From NCBI GenBank assembly GCA_035655515.1, contig DASRUI010000016.1, positions 1-57,314 of the forward strand: a DNA stretch of 57,314 nt, given 5' to 3'. The stretch comes from Thermodesulfobacteriota bacterium. GTDB taxonomy: Bacteria; Desulfobacterota; GWC2-55-46; DRQE01. Position numbers and translations under genes: made by a program. A model generated the notes under the pieces. The model saw only the letters and a list, made by a program, of their open reading frames with translations, was not told where the DNA came from and did not search any database. Shown in pieces: positions 9,235 through 17,652 of this stretch. Within the stretch, counting starts at the first letter, position 1; the number at the start of each line of letters is the position of its first letter.

Positions 9235-10179
9235 TTAGACATGTTTTCCAAGAGAATGCAGACGTAACATGGCTTGCTCAATTGGTATTCCCCGCTCTCG
9301 AAGAAATTGTATTAATCCCTTATTAGTCTTCATCATGTTGCAGGTTGAGCAACACCAGATAAGATTTTTTACAATGCTTAATCCACCCGTGTCGACAGGA
9401 TAGATATGATCAAGGTGCGGATTCATTCCCAACTCAGAACCACAATAAGGGCAGTCCTTTGTTTTCTCGACTAAGCGTTTAAGGCTATCAGCTCTATTCC
9501 TCGTCCGATTATTGACCGATGCGACTTTTGCGAAATCTTTTCCGTATTTTGCTTCGTAACACTCAACTGCCGCCTTCTTTTCTTTGGCGAGTAATAATTG
9601 TTTCCTGATTTCTATAACGCGGTTATCGTATTTGCACAACTCATTAGCTGCTTCTGTTAAAATCCTGAGTGCGTCTTCGATTGCTGGTATTTCACGTGAA
9701 AGAACAAGATATTCGTTCTTGGCCTGCTCACATCTCCGTATAGTATCGACATAAACTTTCGAGGTGAATAACGAAACCCAAAAGCTATTGGTAACTCCTT
9801 TTGCCTGAAATTCAGCAAGCTCCTTTTCAGTTTGCTTAAGTCTGAAACGTATTTCACCTACTATGCCTCTCCTATTACACAGTCGGAGCAATCTTAAGAA
9901 ATTAGAGATCGATGTGCCCGAGCTGTAAATCTTCAAGGGTTCGAGTTCATTGAGACATAGGATGGAATACTCAGCAAAAGTTTTAAAAGTTTTTTTACAG
10001 ACTGTGTGTATTAACGTTACCGCTACTAAAACTCGAGCAAAATCAAATTGTTGCAAATGGTTGCGAATACTCTCTATTTCGGCTTCCCATTCAGGAATAC
10101 GGCGCAAATCGACTTTGAGATTTCTTTTTTGTTCATCGGATCGTTCTGGTTTTCGGGCCAAAATCGCGCTCCTTTTCAA
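9235..10179 (-). CDS. HNH endonuclease-domain protein with an uncharacterised ~230-aa helical N-terminal region
   Basis: The C-terminus, CPYCGSELGMNPHLDHIYPVDTGGLSIVKNLIWCCSTCNMMK, is an HNH (CxxC...H-N-H...CxxC) motif. I recognise no family for the N-terminal part. The DNA is visibly AT-rich. Confidence 0.7.
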   Translation of the reverse strand: MKRSAILARKPERSDEQKRNLKVDLRRIPEWEAEIESIRNHLQQFDFARVLVAVTLIHTVCKKTFKTFAEYSILCLNELEPLKIYSSGTSISNFLRLLRLCNRRGIVGEIRFRLKQTEKELAEFQAKGVTNSFWVSLFTSKVYVDTIRRCEQAKNEYLVLSREIPAIEDALRILTEAANELCKYDNRVIEIRKQLLLAKEKKAAVECYEAKYGKDFAKVASVNNRTRNRADSLKRLVEKTKDCPYCGSELGMNPHLDHIYPVDTGGLSIVKNLIWCCSTCNMMKTNKGLIQFLRERGIPIEQAMLRLHSLGKHV

Positions 10180-10272
10180 GAAAAAACCCTGCCCCTTTTT
10201 CTATTCTTTTTTATTATAAGCCTAACGCCTGCTTTATCAGCCGCGGCGTAGCCAGTCGGCTACAAGCAGTTA

Positions 10273-10659
10273 TTATACCGATTTACGGCACAGCAGCAAT
10301 TGCCCACTTTTGTTAACCAGTCTGTATCTGACTCTATTGTCTTCATCGATTTCATAGACCGCTTCCTTTCCTCCGGCGATTCGCTCCGCTACACGTTCTG
10401 AATTCGACCAACTAAAATCTTTGCACCCTTTCGCCTCATATTGTTTTTTCAATTCTGAGGACTCCCACCATGCGTTATTAACTTCTTTCTCTTTCTCGGT
10501 CCATTGCTGTTTCTCGCGCCGTTTATCGCGAAAATAACCGACTGCTGCTATGCCACCAAGTACGGTGGCGATACCAAGAACCAAAACGATAACTTTGGTC
10601 ATGATTTCTTTTAAGAGAAGAATCCATTCCGTTGACACCATATTTAATTCCGTTAACAA
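10273..10659 (-). CDS. Hypothetical single-pass membrane protein
   Basis: One hydrophobic helix (VIVLVLGIATVLGGIAAVGYF) followed by a charged soluble tail. ATG 10602 is an alternative start. No recognisable family. Confidence 0.5.
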   Translation of the reverse strand: MLTELNMVSTEWILLLKEIMTKVIVLVLGIATVLGGIAAVGYFRDKRREKQQWTEKEKEVNNAWWESSELKKQYEAKGCKDFSWSNSERVAERIAGGKEAVYEIDEDNRVRYRLVNKSGQLLLCRKSV

Positions 10660-10669
10660 TCCATATTCT

Positions 10670-10813
10670 TTACCTTCTCACATCATTTATTTCCTTATCC
10701 ATCTTTTTCTCGACAGCGATAATCTTTGCCTTTTTCTTCGGAGCCCATCCGTGCTTGTGGGGCTTGCACAACGCGCAACCCTTTGATTTCTTATCTCTGT
10801 AAACCCTTCCCAT
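10670..10813 (-). CDS. 47-aa lysine-rich CxxC peptide (unannotated small ORF)
   Basis: Below the track cutoff. Translation: MGRVYRDKKSKGCALCKPHKHGWAPKKKAKIIAVEKKMDKEINDVRR. It starts 3 nt after the relE stop and ends 10 nt before the next ORF. Confidence 0.45.
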   Translation of the reverse strand: MGRVYRDKKSKGCALCKPHKHGWAPKKKAKIIAVEKKMDKEINDVRR

Positions 10814-10816
10814 TCC

Positions 10817-11083
10817 TCACCTGTACACGCTTCCTCTAAAATCAACTATATCAACAAAGATGCTTCGTGATGCGCTGTCAACCTTTAAAACTATTCTAAC
10901 ATGTCCTTTTCTGATGCGATAATAACCCGCCCACGCACCTTTTAATTTCTTGACGTCTACGTTTACGTTTGAGCCTGTTATCTTTAAGATAAAGCTGATA
11001 ACGGAATCCTTGACCTTATCTCTTATTCCGTGCCCTTCAATGAAATCATTCGCCCTCTTTGAATATTCGATGTTCCACTTCAT
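10817..11083 (-). CDS. relE: RelE/ParE-family type II toxin
   Basis: 88 aa. KKLKGAWAGYYRIRKGHVRIVLKV...IFVDIVDFRGSVY matches the RelE/ParE core pattern (L-G..YRIR-G-YRI...I..I..R...Y). Confidence 0.75.
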   Translation of the reverse strand: MKWNIEYSKRANDFIEGHGIRDKVKDSVISFILKITGSNVNVDVKKLKGAWAGYYRIRKGHVRIVLKVDSASRSIFVDIVDFRGSVYR

Positions 11084-11277
11084 AGTTCTATCTTCTCTGT
11101 ATGCGCCGGTTTCCTTCCCGGCTTTTCATAGCGGCTGACAATATCCTGCATCTCTTTACCGGAGACTTCGGGAAAGAACATAAGGCGCATCTTTATTAAC
11201 TCCTCTTCCAGCGCCTCTTTCACGGACTCTTTGATAATTGTCTTTAGTTTCTCTTGATTTGCAACCTGCATTTTCAA
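11080..11277 (-). CDS. Putative cognate antitoxin
   Basis: 65-aa ORF whose stop overlaps the relE start (ATGA) in the usual antitoxin-first order. No recognisable DNA-binding family by eye. Confidence 0.5.
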   Translation of the reverse strand: MKMQVANQEKLKTIIKESVKEALEEELIKMRLMFFPEVSGKEMQDIVSRYEKPGRKPAHTEKIEL

Positions 11278-11318
11278 TACCCCCTTTCCCGAAAACCTCT
11301 AATTTACAAACGCACCTG

Positions 11319-12170
11319 TTAAAACTCCGTCCTGTTATAGACCATTGCCTCGAGCCTCTTAACCCTCTCCTCTATTGGCGGGTGGGTGGAGAAGAGTTTC
11401 ATGACCGCGCCGCCGCTCAATGGGCTTACTATGAACATGTGGGCGGTCGCCTCGTTCGCGTTCCGCATGGGGATTCTCTTGTTGTAATACGCGAGTTTTT
11501 TCAAGGCCTCGGCGAGATAAAGAGGATTATCGGAAATCTTCGCCCCTCCCGCGTCCGCCCCGTACTCCCTCGAACGCGATATCGCCATCTGGATAATCAT
11601 GGCGGCCAAAGGCGCGACAATCATCATGACTATAAGGACAATCGGGTTTCCTCCCTCTCGGTCGTTCCTGTTGCCCATGCCGAACCACATGGCCATGTGA
11701 GAGAGATAGCTTATGGCTCCGGCAATGGTCGCGGCAAGGGTCGCGATGAGTATGTCCCTGTTTTGTATGTGGCTGAGTTCGTGCGCCAGAACGCCCCGAA
11801 GTTCGTTTTTATTAAGAAGGCTTCTTATTCCGGTCGTTACCGCGATTGCGGCGTGCGAGGGATTTCTTCCCGTCGCGAAGGCGTTCGGCGTGTCGTTCTC
11901 CATTGTATAGACCTTTGGCATGGGAAGCCCTGCCTTCTGCGAAAGGTCTCTTACCATGGAGTAGAGTTCAGGCTCTGTCTTCTCGTCAACTTGCTTGGCC
12001 CTGTACATGGCAAGCACTATCTTGTCGCTGAACCAGTACGTGCCGAAGTTCATCACCCCTGCCATGACAAGCCCTATTATCGCGCCCTGCCTGCCTCCCA
12101 TGAGGCCTCCCAAAAAGACCAAAAGGGCCGCAAGAGCCGCCAAAAGTATCGCTGTTTTAAGATAATTCAT
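11319..12170 (-). CDS. htpX: Membrane zinc metalloprotease HtpX
   Basis: From ATG 12170: MNYLKTAILLAALAALLVFLGG...NAFATG...HELSHIQNRD (HExxH)...STHPPIEERV. A GGAG RBS lies upstream. Confidence 0.9.
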   Translation of the reverse strand: MNYLKTAILLAALAALLVFLGGLMGGRQGAIIGLVMAGVMNFGTYWFSDKIVLAMYRAKQVDEKTEPELYSMVRDLSQKAGLPMPKVYTMENDTPNAFATGRNPSHAAIAVTTGIRSLLNKNELRGVLAHELSHIQNRDILIATLAATIAGAISYLSHMAMWFGMGNRNDREGGNPIVLIVMMIVAPLAAMIIQMAISRSREYGADAGGAKISDNPLYLAEALKKLAYYNKRIPMRNANEATAHMFIVSPLSGGAVMKLFSTHPPIEERVKRLEAMVYNRTEF

Positions 12171-12337
12171 GTTGTTCTCGTCTCCTTTTTTAAAAAATCC
12201 GGCGCATGTCAACCCTGAAGAGTTGAGATACAATGTCAACGTAACTCAAGGCTTTAGCCTTGAGAACACGCCATATTGATATGATAGGTAAAACATCTCC
12301 GGCTGTCAAGGCCGCCCCTTTTTCCCCCTCACCCCGA

Positions 12338-12360
12338 CCCTCTCCCGCGAGGGGAGAGGG
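12338..12360. repeat. CCCTCTCCC / GGGAGAGGG hairpin unit
   Basis: ccctctcccgcgaggggagaggg. Related units lie at 41277-41316, 41347-41370, 47068-47090 and 54906-54925. Confidence 0.6.
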
Positions 12361-12422
12361 AGATAAACTTGTCAAGGCAGGCCCATAAAGCCGGGTAACG
12401 AATCATCTGCACCCTGATGCAT

Positions 12423-12488
12423 GTAGGGCAGGGCTTTAGCCCTGCTCAAAGACGCAACCCTTCCGCCTCAGGCGGAGGGTTGCCCTAC
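12423..12488. repeat. GTAGGGCA...TGCCCTAC nested-hairpin element, copy 1
   Basis: An outer 8-bp stem encloses two inner hairpins (CAGGGCtttaGCCCTG and CAACCCTTCCGCCtcaGGCGGAGGGTTG). Confidence 0.7.
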
Positions 12489-12506
12489 GAAAACAAAACT
12501 GAAACC

Positions 12507-13325
12507 CTAAGCCGCCTCGCCCAAAAGCCCCTCTATAGCCCCTTTTATGTCGTCTATCTCGACCCCGGTCTGGGCGCAGTATCCGAAAGGCCTTTTATTC
12601 ACGATAGTAACCACCGGAAGAGGGTATGCGTCCTGAACCCCGCTCGTCAGGTCCCTCTCGCACGCGACCGCTATCACCGCGTCGGGCCTGTACTCGAAAA
12701 GCTTTCTCCTCGCCACCGTGCCTCCCGTAAGGACAAAGAGATTCAACCCAAACCTCTCGGATAAGGCGACGAGTTCGCCTATCTCGCACCTTCCGCACCC
12801 CACGCAGTTCTTGACGTCCTTCGTAACCTTAATCCTGCAGTCCTCGTACTGGATGCAATGAGGCATGAGTATGACTATCTTCTCGGGGCTGAAGATTCTG
12901 CCTCTCTTCACCATGGCCCTTACCATGCGGTTATTTAAATCAAGAAACGCCTGCTCTATCTTTATCTTCTTTATCTTTAAAATCCCTCCCATGAGAACCA
13001 TGGTCGGCAAAAACACCTTCACCAGCACCCACCTGAAACGGGGAGACGGGAGAGCATCCTTGCCTCTTATAAGCGAGACCGCCATGACCGAAACGCCTGA
13101 TAGGACGAAAAGCCCGGCGCCGAAGACAATCGTTCCAACCGCGTACGGAAGAACCGGGTGAATGCTCCGAAGCCCGACTGTCGGCACGTACCACAATAAA
13201 AACCCCGCGAAGACCACGCCCGCAACCGAGATTAAAAGGAGGGTTATCGCAAATAACGGAGAAACCCTGTAGGCAATGCTCTCCGTGCCTTCTTTGATTT
13301 CAACGCTATTTTCCGAGGACTTCAT
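12507..13325 (-). CDS. DUF116-family membrane/Cys-rich protein
   Basis: N-terminal TM segments followed by MPHCIQYEDCRIK...CVGCGRCEIGELV...VACERDL. It lies immediately downstream of fmt and overlaps it, as DUF116 genes often do. Confidence 0.65.
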   Translation of the reverse strand: MKSSENSVEIKEGTESIAYRVSPLFAITLLLISVAGVVFAGFLLWYVPTVGLRSIHPVLPYAVGTIVFGAGLFVLSGVSVMAVSLIRGKDALPSPRFRWVLVKVFLPTMVLMGGILKIKKIKIEQAFLDLNNRMVRAMVKRGRIFSPEKIVILMPHCIQYEDCRIKVTKDVKNCVGCGRCEIGELVALSERFGLNLFVLTGGTVARRKLFEYRPDAVIAVACERDLTSGVQDAYPLPVVTIVNKRPFGYCAQTGVEIDDIKGAIEGLLGEAA

Positions 13326-14250
13326 TTTCGACCTTATGCCCCTTTAAAAAAGCCTCCGTGCTCATCCTATTTTTGCCTTCGAGCTGGAGTTCGGTCACGA
13401 TGAAAATATCTTTGCCGCATTTTATGGCTATGCCTTCTTTACCGGCCTCGATTACGGTTCCCGCGGAAGTCCCTCCGCTATTATCCGGCAAAACCTTTCC
13501 CCTGTAAATCTTCAGAACCTTCCCTTTAAGATAAGTATAAGCGCCGGGCTTCGGACAAAGCCCCCTGACCTTGTTCTTTATCTCTCCTGCCGAAAGACTC
13601 CAGTCGATAAGAGCGTCTTCTTTTTTAAGGGGCAACGCGAAGGTGGCTCGATTTGAGTCCTGCGCCAGAGGGGTGATTTTACCTTCGGAAACAAGGCGAA
13701 GCGTTTTCACGAGAAGCTCCGCGCCTATCAATGAAAGCCTCCCGGAAAGTTCCCCCGCTGTTTCATCTTCCCCTATCGTTGTTTCTTCAATAAGAAACAC
13801 AGGCCCTGTGTCCATGCCTCTGTCCATGAGCATGGTCGAGACGCCGGTTGATTTATCCCCGTTCATTATGGCCCTGTTTACGGGAGAAGCGCCCCTGTAA
13901 AAAGGCAGTATGGATGCGTGAACGTTCACGCATCCCATTGGCGGCACTCTCAATACCTCCTCGGGCAATATCTTGCCGTAGGCCACGACAGCCATGACGT
14001 CAGGCTTAACGGAGTTGAGTTCACTCAAAAATTCGGCGTTCTTTTTCATGCTCGAAGGCTCAAGCGCCGGAATCCCTTGCTTTAACGCGAACTCCTTCAC
14101 CGGGGTCTTTGACACCGCCCGTCCGCGTCCTCTTGGCTTTTCGGGTTGCGTGACGACGGCCGCTATGTCGAACCCGGCTTGAAGCAGAGCTTCGAGCGAA
14201 GGGACCGAAAATTCGGGAGTGCCCATGAATACTATGCGTAGCCGCCTCAT
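13306..14250 (-). CDS. fmt: Methionyl-tRNA formyltransferase
   Basis: RIVFMGTPEFSVPSLEAL...VVTQPEKPRGRG...NVHASILPFYRGASPV motifs. Confidence 0.95.
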   Translation of the reverse strand: MRRLRIVFMGTPEFSVPSLEALLQAGFDIAAVVTQPEKPRGRGRAVSKTPVKEFALKQGIPALEPSSMKKNAEFLSELNSVKPDVMAVVAYGKILPEEVLRVPPMGCVNVHASILPFYRGASPVNRAIMNGDKSTGVSTMLMDRGMDTGPVFLIEETTIGEDETAGELSGRLSLIGAELLVKTLRLVSEGKITPLAQDSNRATFALPLKKEDALIDWSLSAGEIKNKVRGLCPKPGAYTYLKGKVLKIYRGKVLPDNSGGTSAGTVIEAGKEGIAIKCGKDIFIVTELQLEGKNRMSTEAFLKGHKVENEVLGK

Positions 14251-14260
14251 GAATCGCCCG

Positions 14261-14803
14261 TTACGAGGCCGTCTCCAAAGAGGACATCTCTCTCTTATAT
14301 CTTCGAACCACGAATTCCCGTTTAAGCCTGCTCAATCTGTCTATGAAAAGAACTCCGTCAAGATGGTCTATCTCGTGTTGCAAGGCCACGGCAAGAAGGC
14401 CGTGGGTGTTTATCTCGATTGCTTTTCCGTTTTTATCCATTGCCCTTACGATGACCCTCGCCGCCCTCTTGACCTCGGCGGTAATGCCCGGGACGCTCAG
14501 GCAGCCTTCTTCGTATTTTTGCTCTCCCTCCGAAAAAACTATTTCCGGGTTTACGAGTTTGAAAAGTGTTTTCTTTTTAATCTCGCCCTCTTCTTCGTCT
14601 GCTTCCGAAAACTCGGGCACTTCCAAGACTATAAGCCTCTTGCCTATGCCGATCTGAGGCGCGGCAAGACCAATGCCTCCGGCCTCGCGCATGGTATCGA
14701 GCATGTCGTCGAGGATTTTTTTTATCTCCGAATCAACGGCCTTGACGGGCGCGGCCTTTATCCTGAGCAATCGGTTCGGGTATGTAAGTATTTCGAGTCT
14801 CAT
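14261..14803 (-). CDS. def: Peptide deformylase
   Basis: From ATG 14803: MRLEILTYPNRLLR...GIGLAAPQIG...EGCLSVPG...QHEIDHLDG. Confidence 0.95.
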   Translation of the reverse strand: MRLEILTYPNRLLRIKAAPVKAVDSEIKKILDDMLDTMREAGGIGLAAPQIGIGKRLIVLEVPEFSEADEEEGEIKKKTLFKLVNPEIVFSEGEQKYEEGCLSVPGITAEVKRAARVIVRAMDKNGKAIEINTHGLLAVALQHEIDHLDGVLFIDRLSRLKREFVVRRYKREMSSLETAS

Positions 14804-14931
14804 AATGTAATTATAACTCAAACCGCCTTATTATTCCATCACGCGGCGCCGCCACGGGCGGCCCTTCATGCGATACGAGCATTATTGCCGTAAAAACGGC
14901 AAACGCAATGGTTTCGCGCATACTATTCCGG

Positions 14932-17355
14932 TCACACCGTGCTTACAGGGTCAATGTCCATGTATACGGCCACTCCGGGTTGTTTTAAAGCTAAAAATTC
15001 TTTTTTAAAGGCCGCGAGAAACCTGTTAAGCGCCGTAGCATCCTTGCTCTTTATGAGCATATGAAAACGATAGAGCCCTTTAAGCCTCGGTATCGGGGCA
15101 GGGGCCGGGCCGAGGACGCTTATGCCTCTCGCGTTGGTCGCGAGCCTTTGAATTATGACGGCGGCCCGTGAAGACGCCCTCTCGACCGCTTCTTCTTTAA
15201 TCCCCTCCATCCTTATTCCGGCGAGCCTCAGGCAAGGCGGGTATCCGGCGTCCTCTCTCGCCTTGAACTCCTCTTCGAAAAATCCGAAATAGTCGTGCGC
15301 CGCGGCCTTTTGGAAACAAAAATGCTCCGAATTGACGGTCTGTATTATGACGCGAGCGCCGTGAGTCTCCCTTCCGGCCCTGCCGCTTGCCTGAGAGACC
15401 AATTGAAACGTGCGCTCCGCGCTTCTGAAGTCCGGCATGTTCAAAGACGTGTCGCCCGATATTATGCCCACTAAAGTTATGCCCGGGAAGTGATGCCCCT
15501 TGGCGACCATCTGGGTTCCTATGAGCACGTCAACTTCCCGCTTCTCGACGGATTCGAATACCTTGCGCCCGGCGCCCTTTTTTGACGCAATATCCCGGTC
15601 GAGCCGCGCCGTCCTTATGCCCGGGAAAATCCTCCTTACCTCCTCCTCGACCTTCTCTGTGCCGACACCCGGGTCTTTAAGATTATGGCCGCCGCACTTC
15701 GGGCAAACGTCCGGTATGGGAACGCCGTGGCCGCAGTAATGGCACTTCAAAAGGTTCTCCCCTTTGTGAAGCGTGAGGCTTACCGAGCAATTAAGGCACG
15801 TTACCGTGTTGCCGCAGTCCCGGCAGGTAAGAAGCCTCGAAAAACCGCGCCTGTTCAGAAAAAGAAGCGCCTGCTCGCCCTTACCGACGGTTTCCCTGAT
15901 TGCCGAGATAAGCCTTTCCGATATAACCTCTCCCTTATTTTTCTTCATGTCGAGAACTTCAACGTCCGGCATGGTTATCCCGCCGACCCTTTTCTTGAGA
16001 TACACGGCGGTAATCTTTCCTGTTCTCGCGTTATGAAACGTCTCGATTGAAGGGGTCGCGGAACCCAATACAACCGGTATGTCCAGAATCTTTCCGAGCA
16101 TCAAGGCGGCGTCCCTCGCGTTATACCTTACGCCTTCTTCCTGCTTGTAGGACGGGTCGTGCTCCTCGTCCACTATTATGAGGCCTAAGCCCCCTGCCGG
16201 AGAAAAAAGGGAACTCCTCGCGCCCACTATGACGTCGAACTCGCCCTTTAAAATCTTCTTCCACTCTTCGTACCTCTCGGCCGAGGTAAGGCCGCTGTGC
16301 AAAACCCTTACCCTGCCGGGAAACCTCGAAAGAAGATACGAAAGAGGCCGCTCGGTTAAGGCTATCTCGGGAAGAAGATACATGGCCTTTTTCCCGGATT
16401 CGATTGCCTTTTCTATGAGTTTCAAATAAACGAGGGTCTTGCCGCTCCCTGTTACGCCGTAGAGAAGATACGGCGAAAAACCTCTTCCCATGCCGCGGCT
16501 TATCTCCTCTATCGCGTCCTCCTGCTCCTTGTTCGGGGCAAAGCCGTAGAGACGCGGCGACAGGTCTTTTAATGGATTCCTTGCCTTTTCTTTCTTGATA
16601 ATGTCTATCAGGCCGCGTTTGAAAAGTTTTTTTATCGCGGCGGCCGTACTGCCCGATTCTTTTTTAAGGAGCGAGAGAGGCGTTTCGCCGTTTTTTTCAA
16701 GAAAGGCGATAACCGAGTTTTCCTTGCAGGTAAATCCGCCGGCCGGAACTTCGCGGAAAGGACGAAGCGAGACAAAGTTTTCGAGCCGGGTCTTCCTGCT
16801 CTTCAAGAACATGTCTTCCTCGATAAGCCCGTCTTTCTTAAGCCGGAAAAGGGTCGAGTAAAGAGAGCCCTTCTTGAACTTTTTCGCAAGCGAGGGAAGG
16901 CCGGTAAAGTCCTTGGTCGCGGAAAGAATCCCGATTGCAAGATTTTCGGAGCCGGAGCGCGGGGTTTTCGCGGAACTCAGGAATTCCCTTCCTTTTTCCG
17001 TTATCCTGAAACGCCTTTGGCTCTTCACGTCCGCTTCGGAAGGATGAGCCAGGGAAAAGACCTCTCCCGGAGGGGCGAAATAATAAGACGCGAGCCACTG
17101 AAAGAACTTGAGCCTTTTCGCGTCAAAGAGCGGAGAGTCGTCCAAAACGTCGAGCACTTTCTTTATTCCTTTGACAGGGCTTTCCTTTTCCAAAGCCACG
17201 ACATAGCCGGTAACAACGCGGCGGCCGAAAGGCGCCAATACCCTCGTGCCGGGAATAATCGAATCCTCGAGCTCGCCCGGAACCTCGTAGGTAAAAAAAC
17301 CTTCCACAGGAAGGTTCATCGCGACAAGCGCGTATTTTTTGGGACTAAGTTCCAT
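14932..17355 (-). CDS. priA: Primosomal protein N' (replication restart helicase)
   Basis: LLYGVTGSGKT Walker A, IIVDEEHD, and double Cys4 zinc motif CRDCGNTVTCLNCSVSLTLHK...CHYCGHGVPIPDVCPKCG. Confidence 0.95.
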   Translation of the reverse strand: MELSPKKYALVAMNLPVEGFFTYEVPGELEDSIIPGTRVLAPFGRRVVTGYVVALEKESPVKGIKKVLDVLDDSPLFDAKRLKFFQWLASYYFAPPGEVFSLAHPSEADVKSQRRFRITEKGREFLSSAKTPRSGSENLAIGILSATKDFTGLPSLAKKFKKGSLYSTLFRLKKDGLIEEDMFLKSRKTRLENFVSLRPFREVPAGGFTCKENSVIAFLEKNGETPLSLLKKESGSTAAAIKKLFKRGLIDIIKKEKARNPLKDLSPRLYGFAPNKEQEDAIEEISRGMGRGFSPYLLYGVTGSGKTLVYLKLIEKAIESGKKAMYLLPEIALTERPLSYLLSRFPGRVRVLHSGLTSAERYEEWKKILKGEFDVIVGARSSLFSPAGGLGLIIVDEEHDPSYKQEEGVRYNARDAALMLGKILDIPVVLGSATPSIETFHNARTGKITAVYLKKRVGGITMPDVEVLDMKKNKGEVISERLISAIRETVGKGEQALLFLNRRGFSRLLTCRDCGNTVTCLNCSVSLTLHKGENLLKCHYCGHGVPIPDVCPKCGGHNLKDPGVGTEKVEEEVRRIFPGIRTARLDRDIASKKGAGRKVFESVEKREVDVLIGTQMVAKGHHFPGITLVGIISGDTSLNMPDFRSAERTFQLVSQASGRAGRETHGARVIIQTVNSEHFCFQKAAAHDYFGFFEEEFKAREDAGYPPCLRLAGIRMEGIKEEAVERASSRAAVIIQRLATNARGISVLGPAPAPIPRLKGLYRFHMLIKSKDATALNRFLAAFKKEFLALKQPGVAVYMDIDPVSTV

Positions 17356-17652
17356 GAGGGCCGTTGACTCTTAAGGAAGGATATTTATACGATACCGCAA
17401 ATTCAGAGCGTCAGAACAGAGCACGGGTCACCCGCCCCGATGTGACATCGGGGTCGGGGGAAAGGGGATAAAAATACCCTCTCCACGATAAACCGGCAAG
17501 TTTTGCGTCAGACGAGGCGGAAAATGTTTTTGAAGATTCTTCGCTTCGCTCAGAACAGGCTCCGGCGTATCCGTAGGATACGTTGAGTAAGCCAAAATAT
17601 TTTCCAACGAAGTATCACGCAAAAATCGCCGGTTTCCCCCGCACCCAACCCG

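Noticed and set aside
12190-12375. 61-aa ORF (SPSPLAGEGRGEGEKG...).
   Set aside because: It is a translation of the CCCTCTCCC/GGGGAGAGG hairpin repeat. The same peptide-like strings arise wherever the repeat occurs.
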